A stretch of 59,090 bases of DNA, filler included, from Circinaria calcarea (lineage: Eukaryota), in NCBI GenBank assembly GCA_051942165.1. It is 8 parts of 8 records of this genome, joined end to end, with 100 filler letters (N's around TTAATTAATTAA, not from the genome) between each part and the next. Parts side by side here need not be neighbours in the genome. Positions count along the whole stretch, not along the records: positions 22,248 to 29,547 come from JAVECS010001366.1; positions 29,648 to 36,945 come from JAVECS010001367.1; 6 more parts are not named here. One strand, given 5' to 3'. The position numbers and the translations under genes were made by a program. Below the pieces are notes generated by a model, which searched no databases, was not told the DNA's origin, and saw only the letters and a program-made list of their open reading frames with translations. Below, piece by piece: positions 23,311 through 35,462 of this stretch. The number at the start of each line of letters is the position of its first letter. Within the stretch, counting starts at the first letter, position 1.

Positions 23311-23831
23311 GGGGCTTGGAAAGACCGAGGACTGTAAAACAGAGGAAGCCTCTAACAGTCCAATGTGTTGAGCGATGTGGCAATATATAGCATTGGCCGA
23401 TGGGAATGGACTTGGTGGATCCTTGTCTAAAGAACGTAAGAGTACTGAAATGGCAGCGTTGATCAGCTGAGCCGCCTGGGCAGAATAAAATTCAAAGGCG
23501 AGCAGGATAGATGTTCTCAAAAAGGTCTGGTCTCGAAAAGAGTGTTCGTAAGGAAATTTGGTAATGACCGTCAAGCTACTTGAAGCTCAAGAAAAGGAGC
23601 GTGTACTCCGTATGCACGAAACGTTGGAGTGTTCAGGAGAATCTCTTAGCGCACTTCTGTATTTAGAGGTGGGCTCCCCAGCGGTCTTGATGAAGACTAG
23701 TGTCTGAGCTAATGCAAGGTCCCGCGATTCGAAACACCTAACCGAATCCTACTACCATAGTGCTTATGTACCTTTTGCACTGCACTTCTTAATTACAATA
23801 TTCAATTGACGTGGACACGAGCAGGGCCAGC

Positions 23832-24950
23832 ATGGCGAGTGAAAATTTTGATCGGTATGGCTACCATTGGAGTATAATAGATAGATCCATGATCTATTTC
23901 CATTCACCTAAGATTCCAAAGCTCGGTTTCTGCGGATCAACCAAAGTTCAAAGATATCCAATAGGAAAGCTTGACAGACTAGCACTTGAGATTCTCCATC
24001 AAGTGCTGGAGCAACTTGACTTTCGCACGCTAGTGAAGATAAGAGGTCTTAACTTCGCTAGTCGAATCGTTGTCAATTCTCTCCTAGCCTTTAGATACAT
24101 GGTGCAATTTGCCGTAAATGCCCTTCGAGGCCTTAGCCGGACAAAATTGATAATAAATCTTTATACGTATTATTTAATTTAGCAAATAGCTCTGATTATC
24201 ATTAGAAACGTGAATGGCACGGCCTTTACAGCAGCTCATCTGTTCAAAGTGTTACGCACCGATCGGTGTATTGGTTGCCGACGATTCGGCTCTTTTCTCT
24301 TCCTCCTTACCTGTTCCCGGTGCTGTTACAACTGCCTCGAGAAGGAGCCGCGGTTCCGTGCCATTAACCTTGCTACCACCAAAAAAGACTTTGGGTTAAA
24401 GCCTACAAACCTTCGCGAACTTCCTACAATGCTGAGTCATCCTGGTATGTATCCTCCAAGGACCAGACGCAGCTTCAGGAGAAGGTTTCAATTAGTGAGC
24501 GCAATTGAGGCGTATACACTTGCCAAAGCACTTTATGGTACTGTTACGACTGCCCCTGCACTTGATTCTACCCAGTCCGAGACAAACGTATTACCCCACG
24601 ATCGAGCATGGCCGTCGATGCTCACAAGTTCTCTGGATTCTTTTCGCGGCTTTGCCTCAATTGGTTCCCCATCGTTGGACACTAGAACGATGCATGTTGA
24701 GTCCAGCATCTCATGCAAAGGCTGTCAGTATGCTTGCGACAGGAAGCTTCAAGGGGAGCTCAAAGGGTTTGATACTACGAGCTTAGTCATGTGGCGGGAC
24801 AGCGCTTTCTCGCTTGTTGAGTTCCAGCGCATTTGAGGGAGCGTTATAGAGCTCGAGGCCTCTATAATTTGTATATGCGTGGAGAAGAGAAAGCAGCGGA
24901 GTATTCTCGTTGGAATCTAGGTGATAGAGGCTATCGGCCTTTGCTCTAAA
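23832..24950 (+). pseudogene. F-box domain protein with Cys-rich domain, interrupted and probably decaying
   Basis: F-box-like IGKLDRLALEILHQVLEQLD, then CIGC..FGSFLFLLTCSRCCYNC and SCKGC. An AT-rich insert with an in-frame TAG lies at about 24153-24218, and there is an apparent frameshift near 24830. Confidence 0.6.
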
Positions 24951-25513
24951 CTTGGAACTTTTAGAAGTCATGAAGATATCAGCGCTAGAAGGCCAAAGAG
25001 TGTACAATCGGCGCTATGTAGAGGCCTTTCTAACCCTCTTAAAATTGCAGTATTATCATTGTCGGGAGAAGTGCTGTAAACCAGTCCATTGTCAATACAT
25101 CCGGACTAAAACGGCGGGCAACCGCAAGATAGCTAACCATTCTCTCTCTAGCAATACACTCCGTGTCTTTATCACCAAGGCGAAGTGGTAGACAAGATAT
25201 CAGTATACGAGCAATCTCTCAAACATATGGATGAAGAGTTGAAGACCTAGTTCACGTTATATTGACTCACGCCTCGAATGCACTGAATTAATGTGTCAAC
25301 CTCAATATCTGTACAAGACCAAACTGTAAAGTTTGATGACTGGATGCGACACGAGATGTCGGGCTGCCTTCTCATGTAGAATGGATTCGCTGCTACCAAA
25401 AAGCATCAGTGCTGTTGGGGACCCCCAGTATCCTTTGCAAGAGCAGAGCACCAGTAAGGGAAGAAACTTACCTATCTTACAACCCGGGTCTCTTCAAATC
25501 AAGTGTCTAGCCC

Positions 25514-25774
25514 TCATCGGCTGAGGTTGCCGATGTCTTCCTCAGAGATTTCTTCAAATTTTTCTGGTTTCCCAATGTAGATGCCAGTACAAGGCGGGCA
25601 ATCGATGCAGTGACTCGTGTGGATACCTTGATATAACTGGCATTGGTCTGGAGGGCAGAGAAGCCCTGGTCCTCGAGCCTGCGCCGTATTGCATTGATGG
25701 GTGAGCTTGTAGATGTGCATCTGACCTTTCTCCCTGCTGCATTTGGTATATTTCTTGTAATGTATCAAGCACAT
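25514..25774 (-). CDS. Small (86 aa) Cys/His-rich non-secreted protein
   Basis: CAAAAATG context. Pattern MC-x9-C..H..C..C..C..C-x2-C-x2-C with an acidic tail and no signal peptide. Confidence 0.55.
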   Translation of the reverse strand: MCLIHYKKYTKCSREKGQMHIYKLTHQCNTAQARGPGLLCPPDQCQLYQGIHTSHCIDCPPCTGIYIGKPEKFEEISEEDIGNLSR

Positions 25775-26472
25775 TTTTGAGGTTGCCGGATCGTGCCTAA
25801 GATCCTAAATTCTCGGTCCTAAGACTCCTATTAGTCAACTGTAGTCTTCACATTAAGGAGAGCTATGCAACCTTAACCACGTAGAATCTTTGCTAACCAG
25901 GAGACTGCTCAGAGAAATCAGAGGAGTAGGATTGTGTACGCTTCTATCACCTATGCAGCAAGTATCTTTGAAGAGAGGCTTTAAGGTATTAAGATACTTG
26001 TGAAAGAAACGGGTCCAGAAAGACTTGTTGGAGATAAAGCTTGATTCAGAGAAGTCCTTGAAGGCTGTAAATAAGCTGCTCAGAAGCGGGGTAATGTAGT
26101 GAAAGTCAGTTTGGGGCTTTAGGTGAATTTGATTAGAAGTTTACACTAATGAATTAAGCTTGATGATCGGGAGCACCTAACATCCTCCGAGCATAACAAA
26201 GAAAATCTAAAAGCCCCAAGTATCGGCCCAGGGAGGCATAACCGTACGGTGTGAGTGCCAATTCGAGAGAGGTATTGAACCATCCTTCATACCCTTATCT
26301 AACTATGTTGGTTTCTAGGTAGGCATCAAGCCTACATTGCCGTCCACGTAGGCCTTCCATAAGTAATCACTTCTGATTCGCAATGAATAGTTAGTGAGAG
26401 TTTACCTCCTAGATTCAGAGGCGGTAATAGAGGCCCGCGCTATAGACTCGAACTAAGCATGCCAGAAGAGCC

Positions 26473-27168
26473 ATGGCCACCTTTACCGCCAGACACCATA
26501 ATCGAGAAATGATTGGCGGTCTTGGAGATATCATAGGTCGAGGTGGTATTCGAGAAGTAACAAGTTACAAAGAAGATTTTGCGAGCAAATCAGCATCCAA
26601 ACACGAGTTCAAAATGATGAAGCTGTCGGAGACTGCTCGGTCAGACCCGTGGCTCGTGCAATGCCCAAAGTCGTCGAGAAAAGCGGGTTCTCGTATGTTC
26701 ATATCACAAACATCATCATGGAACGCGCCACCGCCTTGCCTTGGCAGGACCTCGAATTACAACTCTTCATCAGGAATATAGAGTTGTCCACGGCGGTATT
26801 AAACCTGATCATATGCTACGCTGTAAAGATGGCAAGTTACGGCTTTGCGATTTCGCCGAGGCTAGGCGTATGGACAAAGATCCAAAGAAATGGTGCGGTC
26901 AGGCTACTGTTATGTATACGTCGCCGAATCGGAGATTCCTGGACACTGGTGCTGCGCCGACCGTCTTAGGCGATCTTTATGCTTTAATTTGTGTATCTGG
27001 TAGATATACACAAAGCGCCGTCCTTTCCCTGCCGATATGGATGAGGATGATATCCAAAATTCCCTACGCAATGGTGATGTTATGAAGGTTATGGAAATTA
27101 AAGATACCGAAACACGAAGAATCGTCTCCAATTACCTAAAACAAGGTGATGCGATTATAAGGTCGTAA
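26473..27168 (+). pseudogene. Protein kinase-like pseudogene
   Basis: Kinase subdomains are spread over three frames: IIGRGG, IIMERA, VVHGGIKPDHML (catalytic D lost), LRLCDFAE, YTSP and DLYAL. Confidence 0.75.
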
Positions 27169-28252
27169 ACTGAGATTCCTGAAGACTGTCTAGCATCTTC
27201 AAAACTCAAGCTCCAAGTCAAATTTTGATAATGGCAGCTAAAACAGGCTGGGTGGTCTTAATAACTCATCCTGTTTAACTCGACTTTTACTGCGCTGCCT
27301 GCTTATTGCCCCTTTTACGATGAGCTTGCGAGATTGCACGGTAGCTATGCCATAGATATCGGGATCAGGTATATCCTGTCAAATTGCGGATAGGGCAGAA
27401 ACTGTAATAGCTGGTGAGATAAGTCTCGTACCTGTGAGTAAGGCTCTTGTGTATTGGGGAGGGATGTTAAAAAGCGAATTGAAAGGATGAGATTCTTTGC
27501 AGGCTTTAGGAAAACCAAAAATCTTTTACCATACCTGAGTGAGCAATGCTTTGGTATATTTCTTAAATCTTACAGCATCGTGCAGCTCAAACTTTCTACC
27601 ATTCTCCCGCCACTTCCTCCTCCCCCCCAATGGAATGGTGTTTAACGATGCAAACCTGCAACCCTCCTGTACATCGCTATGAAGGGCATCAACAGCGTTT
27701 ACTAATTGACACGCCCGATAATAGCCACCTAGGTCGAACTTAGTTTTTCTCTAAAGCGAGTTGTACTTCTCCCGGAACGACCAATCAATGCTAATACCGC
27801 TGGCCCTCTCCCCTTTCAGTGTGAGCCTCCATTTAAACTCCTGACAAGTCGATGAGGTGTATGTTTCCTTGGCACAGCGAAGCGAAACTGGCTTATAGCT
27901 GATTTGGTGCATTCTTGATTACATCTCATCTTCCCTTTCTAGAAACAGCATTGAATTGATAGTAGCATTTAATCTGCGAGATCGCGAATCTTGAGTTAGA
28001 GCCATCAGCTGTGAGTCAGTTCTAATCACCTATTTCTTTCCTCCCCTCCTCCCTTGAGTGCCAAAGTAAGAAATATTGAAAAGCAAAAAGCTGGAACCAG
28101 TTTTCAATAGTCTACACAATAATAAAAAAATAAATCACGAAGAGCAAAGCTTGTGAGCATGCAATAATAAATTTTAAACGCACACATTTTCGGTTCGCAA
28201 CTAATGGATCTTTATTCCTCCCTTCTGCATTCGAACAAGCAAAAAGCTCAAA

Positions 28253-28371
28253 ACATACAACAGCTGGTATTCGCTGGTGGTCACCCACCCAACTACTAAT
28301 CAGCCGATCTCAAGCTTGTGTATGGCAGAGCGGACGGGATACCCAATTCTCTTGAGTCTTTGGTCGTATGT
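28253..28371 (-). rRNA. 5S rRNA gene (dispersed copy, sequence variant)
   Basis: 119 nt, differing from the 19907-20025 copy at six positions. T-runs downstream and a TATATA element about 25-30 nt upstream. Confidence 0.97.
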
Positions 28372-28675
28372 GAAAGAAATAAGGACCAATTACAAATATA
28401 TACCTAGAATATGAACAGGAAGGAAGAGAGTGTAGATGGAAATAAAACACTACGGGGAAATGCTTGTAGTTTTGGCCGATCTTCATGATATATCACTCCA
28501 AGTCCGATTGCAGATGAGGCTGTTTCGTGCTCTTGCTGGACTGATTGTTTCCCTTCAAATAATTTGACTTACTTGCCATGTAGTTGAGATGGTTTGCGGA
28601 GTGACTCCGGACAGTGTACATTAACAGTGTAATTTATACTGTCCGCTCTTATTATTGCAGGGGTAATGACCTTGG

Positions 28676-29547
28676 CTATTTCCTTCCAAACACCCACACC
28701 TCGATATCCTCTATTTTAAATATCTCTTGCCTTCCTCCTTTTCCTAAGTCTTGCCTTTTCCCACCACTTTTTTTCGATGCAAACCCACATTCAAAATGTC
28801 CCTCGCGTGACCGCTCGTCAAATCCCAAGCCAACGCTGTCCTCGTCACCGAACTGCATGATTCCCTGCTCTAAGAGCTCGGCATATCGCTTCCTATTGAT
28901 TGTTGCCGGAAAGACGTCGTGAACGGGGGCGAGCTGGAATAGGAGGCTCTCTTCGTCATCGGAATGAGATTCGGGAGTTTCGACCCAGATGTTGGGGAGA
29001 TAAGCACCAAAGAGAACATACGAGGAATCATAGGAGGCGGCCGAGGAGGAAGCCGTGCTTGGAAGTCGACTTCCAGATATCAGAAGGAGAGAAGGACGTT
29101 GTCTGAGAGTGACGGCTAGAAGCAGGTCTTCTAGATACCAGGGCAGAGACGGGGATTTAGAGTAGACTTGCTCCAGTTTGTCCCATTCAGAGTGCTCTGA
29201 TAAAAAGCAGGCGAGTTGGCTAAGTCGTGAGAATGTCAAGAGGCGGCCGGGATTTGGGAGATAGGTGCGGTAATGGATAGGATAATCAAGCTTCTCAACG
29301 AAGAAGCAGAGAAAGAGATCGCTCAGGGGATTTAAAAGATGTGGCTACGGGATCAATCGTCAGCTCTCCCTCTTTGGCTTGTTATTTGAAAGGGAAGGTA
29401 CAGACAAGCGACCTAGAGATAACCCATTCCCAATTATCCCAGCTCAAACCCTCTTCGTCTGCATCAACGAACGCTTGGAGGATGCACGTTGCACTGGTGT
29501 TTAGTTCCGAAAGATGCCCGAGGAACCGATCCGTATGCGGGCTGGGC
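28676..29547 (-). CDS. TLDc-domain protein (Rtc5/Oxr1-like), 3' part
   Basis: PSLLLISG, VLFGAYLP..W, SLLFQLAPVHDVF and the terminal FKIEDIEVW are TLDc motifs. A probable intron lies near 29346-29412; truncated by contig end. Confidence 0.75.
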
Positions 29548-29647
29548 NNNNNNNNNNNNNNNNNNNNNNNNNNNNNNNNNNNNNNNNNNNNTTAATTAAT
29601 TAANNNNNNNNNNNNNNNNNNNNNNNNNNNNNNNNNNNNNNNNNNNN
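29548..29647. other. Artificial contig linker
   Basis: N44-TTAATTAATTAA-N44. Confidence 0.99.
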
Positions 29648-30043
29648 GAGGAGGGGAAGGTGGGAAGGTGAAGGTGAAGGTGAAGGTTCTTGGGGGGAGG
29701 GATTAGGAACCGGGGGCCATCCGGCATATGAATGGATGCTGTGTGGAATTTTCTCTTGTTTTTTTCTTTCCCGCCAAAAAAATAAATCGCTTAATGATGA
29801 TTTGGTACGGAAGCAGCCTCTGGGTACGAATGAGAAGGAAAATTTTTAGAGATTAAGCCTTTCATAATACAGGCGGTGTGTCCTTTGATGATGATGATGA
29901 TAACGGCTAAAAATCACTTCTATAAATGCCAACGCTATTATACACCCCCAGGACCAAAAGCTCCATGCTCGCTAACCGCTCTCAGAAGAAACAAAATCCA
30001 AGGGCCCGCCAAAAAAGGCCCCCCTCCCAGCAGACAGCCCGAC

Positions 30044-31803
30044 CTATAATTCCTCCCTCGTCGGAATCTTAAACCCATACTCCCTCGGTTCGATCTTCAG
30101 CCCCAGCCAAAACGCCCACAACCGACTGAGCTCGAAAATCACGATCCCCAGCATCTTGCGCGGGATATCCATCCAGCTCCGGAGCACGAAGCGCAGAGTC
30201 CGGAAGACGAGAGTGAACTCGTCGAGGATACTCTCTTTGACGCTCGGTTCGGCGTAGGTGTCGTTGTCCGCGAGTTCGAAATCGTCATCTTCGTCGGCGC
30301 CACGGGTACCAATGGCAGGTACTTTCTCCGGTACGATTATCGCTTCTGTTTCATCGATTACGCCGGCCATCATGCCCCTGAAGGCCTCGAGGGCACTCAG
30401 ACTGTGGCTTATGCGATCCAAGGTGTTGACGAGCGCCACCAGTTCCGTCCTTCGGAGAGGTGGGTTCTCCCCGTTTTTCTCCTCGTCGTACTCGAATAGT
30501 ACCTTCAGTGCGGTGCCATATCCTACTGTCTGCAACTTTCCCCACAGCCGACATTTATCACAGCCCACACAGTCCATCAGGCGACTGACATTCCGGAACC
30601 TGTTCCGGAAATCCTCTTTTAGATCGCCTGCAACGGCCGGGTCCTGAAACATGGTGCTTTCGTCGAAGATCTTAGGTCCCGAGGCGATTTGATCCGCTAA
30701 TCGGAGGACCTTAGATTTGGTGTCGGCGTCTTGGCGGGGGTCTCCAGAGCAAAATGTGTAGTTCTTTAGGTAGGTACGGAGTTTAGCTACCGCCCGCATA
30801 ACTAGCGCGTAGTTGAAGTAGAGATTTGAGATCCTATCCGGGTAAGCTGCGAGGCGGTCTTTGTAGCACTGCAGATTGGGGCCCCAGGTTCCTGTCGTCT
30901 GATTAAGGTAGTCGTGGCAAATATGGGTAGATATGGAGGCGTGCATACCGCTGATGATGCGGTGAAAGACCCTCTTCTCAAGACAGGTGTCGTCAGGCGA
31001 GAAGAGGACGGAGGGGGCGTTGGATTGGAGAACGGAGCGGAGATCATTAGCAGCTTGTTTGCCGAAAGGATCTTGGGGGGGTCGAGCTGGGGCAGGCTTG
31101 GAAAAGCAGTTCTCTCTGTATATGGCGTCCCAGACCATGTGTGCGCCTTCGCCTGCATAACCAGTGAAGCGCTCAGGGTTGTCGACAAGGCTGACGTAGT
31201 CACCTTTCGCGCTTGCGCTCTCGTCTTCTGGAACACAATAGTCTCGATCATCACATTCATCGTCGTATTCTACCACGCAGCTTTCTCCAACGTCTTCGCC
31301 GAGCGTTCCTTGCAAAGGGCGTTGCGTTCCCCTTTCCTTCTGCAACTGGCGGCCAGGGTGGGCTGCTTTCGGTCCTTCGAGTTTACTAAGCTCCTCCACT
31401 TGCCATATTTTAGGTATATCCTTTTCATCATCAAGTGTCGTTACCGCACATGCAATATTTCCACACACGCTATTGGCATCACTCCAAAAGGGGCAAACCT
31501 TATCGAAGAGGTTCAGGCGGTAATAGGCAAAGAAATCGGTCTTTTGGGTTATCGCTTTGAGGGACGGGGCTAGGTTGCTGTTGATGGAGTCGAGAACATT
31601 ATAGGAGGCGCAAGCATCAGACACAATTGCGTTTGGCTCTATCTAGTCAACGTCAGTAAAGCGCGATAGACGGCAGAAGGGTAACTCACGGCACATATGT
31701 CTACTATATCTGCTTTTGACCTTACAGCCGCATGGTTCTGGGTATGTGAAGTGCCGAACAAGGAAAAGACGGCTAAATAGAAAATCTGGGCGGCCGTCCG
31801 CAT
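30044..31803 (-). CDS. ERO1: Endoplasmic reticulum oxidoreductin 1
   Basis: Signal-peptide exon 31803-31690, intron 31689-31643. Motifs NPERFTGY, W..IYRENCF, SGMHASISTHIC and RLMDCVGCDKCRLWGKLQ. Confidence 0.96.
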
Positions 31804-32346
31804 AATTGCAGATCTGGACTGGATGAAAAACGAACGGCGTAATGAACTCGAAAATGAGAGTAGCTAAGTATTCCGGTATACAGTAGAAAGATTAGAGGGT
31901 AGGACTGGATCCTAGACGGATGGGGGAGATAACGTCTTTATTGATTGTTGATTGCGGCCTTCCGCTTCAATGAAGAAAGAACACGCATAAGAGAGACGGG
32001 CTCTTTACAGCGACTTAAGTATGAACAGTAGTGTTTCAGAGTATACAGTCAAGGGGATGAAGGATCGTCGAGCAGTTGAATATCCGCAAGGTGTCCTTCA
32101 CTTGATAGATAATCTTACTACGTAGCACTTTCCAATTATGACATGCACCCTGCAAAAACCAAGCCGAGCTAAATTTAGATTGGACCATCTCGCTTTTATC
32201 AACAAGTATTCATTTATTGCTTCATTATTCTACATACTGGATCTATGCATGTACGGACCATATGCCCACATTATAACAGCAAATCCATATGTTGCTTCCT
32301 CCCTTTCTGACCATTGAACAATGAGTCGCTATTTCCTAGCATGATC

Positions 32347-33576
32347 TCATTTCTCTCCATTGCTACGCCTCTTTAGACTTCCAAATCGCTTGACCAAACC
32401 CCCGCTGCTCCTTTGACCTGTCGTGTCATTCCTTCTCATATCACTCTCCCATTCGCGATAACTTTGCTCATATCCAGTAGGCTGATTGTCACCAGAGCTA
32501 GCTCGAGGACGTGATGTCAGTTCGATGCCGGACTCGTCCTTTGGAGGGCTGCGACCCCGGTGTTTATGGTCCTTCAAAGCTTTTTCAATCGAAAAAGATG
32601 GCTCTCCTTTCCCCTTGAGGTCTTCAGGAAGGTAGTGCTACATGCACGTTAGTAAGACTTCAACCTCAAAAGCAAATTTCAATTCAGACTAACTACTCCG
32701 GGCCATCGCTTGTAGTTACCATCCTCGACCATCAAGTCTGCGCCTTCCTCATAATTGTAGGTCCGACCAGAGAGATCGGTCATTCCAGGCGGCACAACAG
32801 CAACACCGTCCAAGGGGCGATGTCTTTCTATACTATCCTTGATCTTTTCTTTTGGTGTAGCTTTCAAGGTTTCCTCGGTCGTGCTCCTAACCGCTTCTAC
32901 AGGACTGTTCACCAGTGAGATGTTTCTTGCCAAGAGTGTCGCGTCAAAAGGTCCGTCATGGTGGTATTTACCTCCAACGGTATCAAGGCTATCGATGGAA
33001 TCAGGTCCAATTATGTGTTTCTTCCGGAGATGGGGAGCGCGGTTGGCAATCTTGGCTTCTCGTTTTATCATGTCAAGCGGTCGATGTGATGTATCCCCAG
33101 CAAATCGAGAAGTGAGGGAGTTACCCCTTTGCAGCCCAGATACAGGAGTACTGGAAGTTGTTGAAGTGGGAACCACTGTAGACGCTTGGTCCAGGCTTCG
33201 TCGCATTGGGGAGCTGTCATTGGGGTTTGTGAAAACCTCCTGGCGACGGGGAACCCGGGTCTGCCGCGGGCTGGTGGATTTTGGAGGCGACGGCAGGCTA
33301 CTCTTGCGGACTGTCACCGGTATAGGGTTTTTGCGTCCAGGTGAACTTGCGGATGCTTGGGAGCTGGTCTCTGCGTCGTACGTAGATCTATAGTGGGTGC
33401 CGGGCCCAGTCTCTTCACTCGGATTAGGCGCTGTGAGTGGATCCAGAAGGTACCTCGACGCCTGGTGCAAAGATATTAGCGGTGGGGGCAACTCATTGGC
33501 AAGGGACGGTAAAACAGTAGGTGGAGGCCTCTAGGATGAAATGCCTTACCCATTGCTTATCTTCTGTGCTCTCCAT
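32347..33576 (-). CDS. PAL1: Pal1-family cell morphology/endocytosis protein
   Basis: Exon 1 MESTEDKQW, then ASRYLLDPLTAP, GDTSHRPLD, DSIDSLD..YHHDGPFDA and HRPLDGVA. Two introns. Confidence 0.85.
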
Positions 33577-33920
33577 TGTTGAATGACTGACTTCTCTTAT
33601 GATCCAATTCGGCTGTATTCAGTAAGGTTGAAGAGTGAAGGATCATCAAGTTATCAAGATGTTGATGAATAATTATTCGAGGTAGTAGTCGAGGGTGTCC
33701 CTTGCACTAAAAGAGCTTGCGCGTTATCTCCTATCGAGTAGTTTGTACTTCCGTACCGACGACGGTTAAACTTTCTTGAAAATGACGCGTTCCCGGGTCG
33801 AATTCCCACCGACGTCATTGAAGCTTCCGGGACCTGCTCTAGCGGCCGTTGAAGCTTAGCAAAATTAGTAAAACTCGCGGCTATTTTGGTTCCAACACGA
33901 GCATAACGGGTCAGGGAGAA

Positions 33921-35029
33921 ATGGCCCTTGTAAACTATTCAGACTCTGACAGATCAGAAGCGGAGGATGACACGGCTAAGAACCCAAGTCAGGTCAAGAC
34001 GCCGAAAAGGAAGCGAACAGCCTCCTTCAATTCGGACTTACCACCTCTGCCGGATGCCTTCCATGATCTCTACGCCTCTACGTCAAGGGTGAGCACCCAA
34101 GATGACCCTATGCTACATGGCGGACGCCAACGCGTGACTCCGCATGTGGAAGGTAACTGGCCTACTCATGTCTACATTGAGTGTAAGCCCTATTCTAGAC
34201 GACTGTTGTCAAAGCGTCCAGCTAGGTGCCACGTTTTGCTGATAGGTTCGAGGGTATCCTTCACGTACAGAATCGGACAGATTAACGAGTCTTTTCTCAT
34301 GCCTGGATGGTGACTCCTCTGCGAAGGACAGCCCCATCCACAGTCTTTTGCAGAGCGAACTTGGCGTGGAGACGCCGCTTCATATCAGTCTATCAAGATC
34401 CATTATGCTTCGGACAGATCAACGGCAACGTTTCATTGATACCCTCAAAGCATTCATCAGCAAATCTGGGATTCGTCCGTATGCTTGATACTCTCCGGCA
34501 TCCGCTATAGGTTCTAATTTCTTTCAGGTTCAAGCTTTCAGTTAGGGGCCTCGAATGGGTACCTAATCACGAAAAAACGAGGTGGTTCCTAGTACTAAAG
34601 CTCGTGAAGCCAAGCGATAACTCTCTCAACAAACTTCTACAACTATCGAATATGACAGCAAATGCATTTGGTCAACCCTCGCTATACGTTCCATCAAACC
34701 AACATCCTACGGTTGTAAGCTCAGGCGGAAGAATTCAATGTAGCCGAGGTTTGCGGGGACCTAGTTTACTAACATCCATGAGCAAGTATCCCGAGGATGT
34801 CAACGACGAGCATCAACTGGACCAGTCTGCCCATTTCCATATCAGTATCGCCTGGAGTCTGGAACGCCCAAATCTAGAGCTGATAGAGAGGCTTAAACCT
34901 AAGGAGGATGGAGAGCTTCACGAGATTTGCTTGGAGGTGAAGGCTATCAAGGCCAAGATTGGCAATGCGATCACAGTTTTCCCTTTGCTTTCCAAACCAG
35001 TTGATTCTCCGGGTTTCATTGGCTTATGA
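33921..35029 (+). CDS. USB1: U6 snRNA 3' phosphodiesterase Usb1/Mpn1 (2H phosphodiesterase)
   Basis: [33 protein letters not shown] and two HxS motifs (LHISLSR, FHISIAW). Introns 34183-34252 and about 34479-34527. Confidence 0.92.
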
Positions 35030-35462
35030 GCTCTGGATAGCCAGATGCTGGTGTACTAGCTGACACATCCTATATCCTCAGCTTCATCGCTTTTCGTTGT
35101 CTTGGGGATACAATTCACGAGTAATACTGCTGGAAGGGGCCGTATTTCATTCGAAGGACTACTTTAGGGTACGAATTAACTATTATATCTTTGAACTGTA
35201 TTGTCGTGAGCATGTGATAACGCCTTAGTGCGGGTGGATTTCAGGGTCCAGAGTAAATAAAGAAATACCCCCACGTGCGCCCACAAAATTGTTGAATCCC
35301 ATGAGCTCGTAGCGTTTCTCAACCTGACCGACAGACAGAACGATAAAAATCCATGTACCACGGCTGCGGTCATGTATCGGTGATAGAGTGCCAGTCTTGA
35401 TACTACCTCGCCGCAGCTTGTGGAGAAACACTCATTTGGAAACTTCCCCCGAAGCCGAGGAA

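Noticed and set aside
23580..23690. Faint 5S-like words (CTCAAG, GGTGGG..CCAGCG) that could mark the other end of an insertion
   Set aside because: Matches are too short and the spacing differs from 5S by more than 10 nt.
30258..31573. Long antisense ORFs over ERO1 (also over PAL1, the oxidoreductase and the PPR gene)
   Set aside because: Expected shadow ORFs of GC-rich coding sequence.
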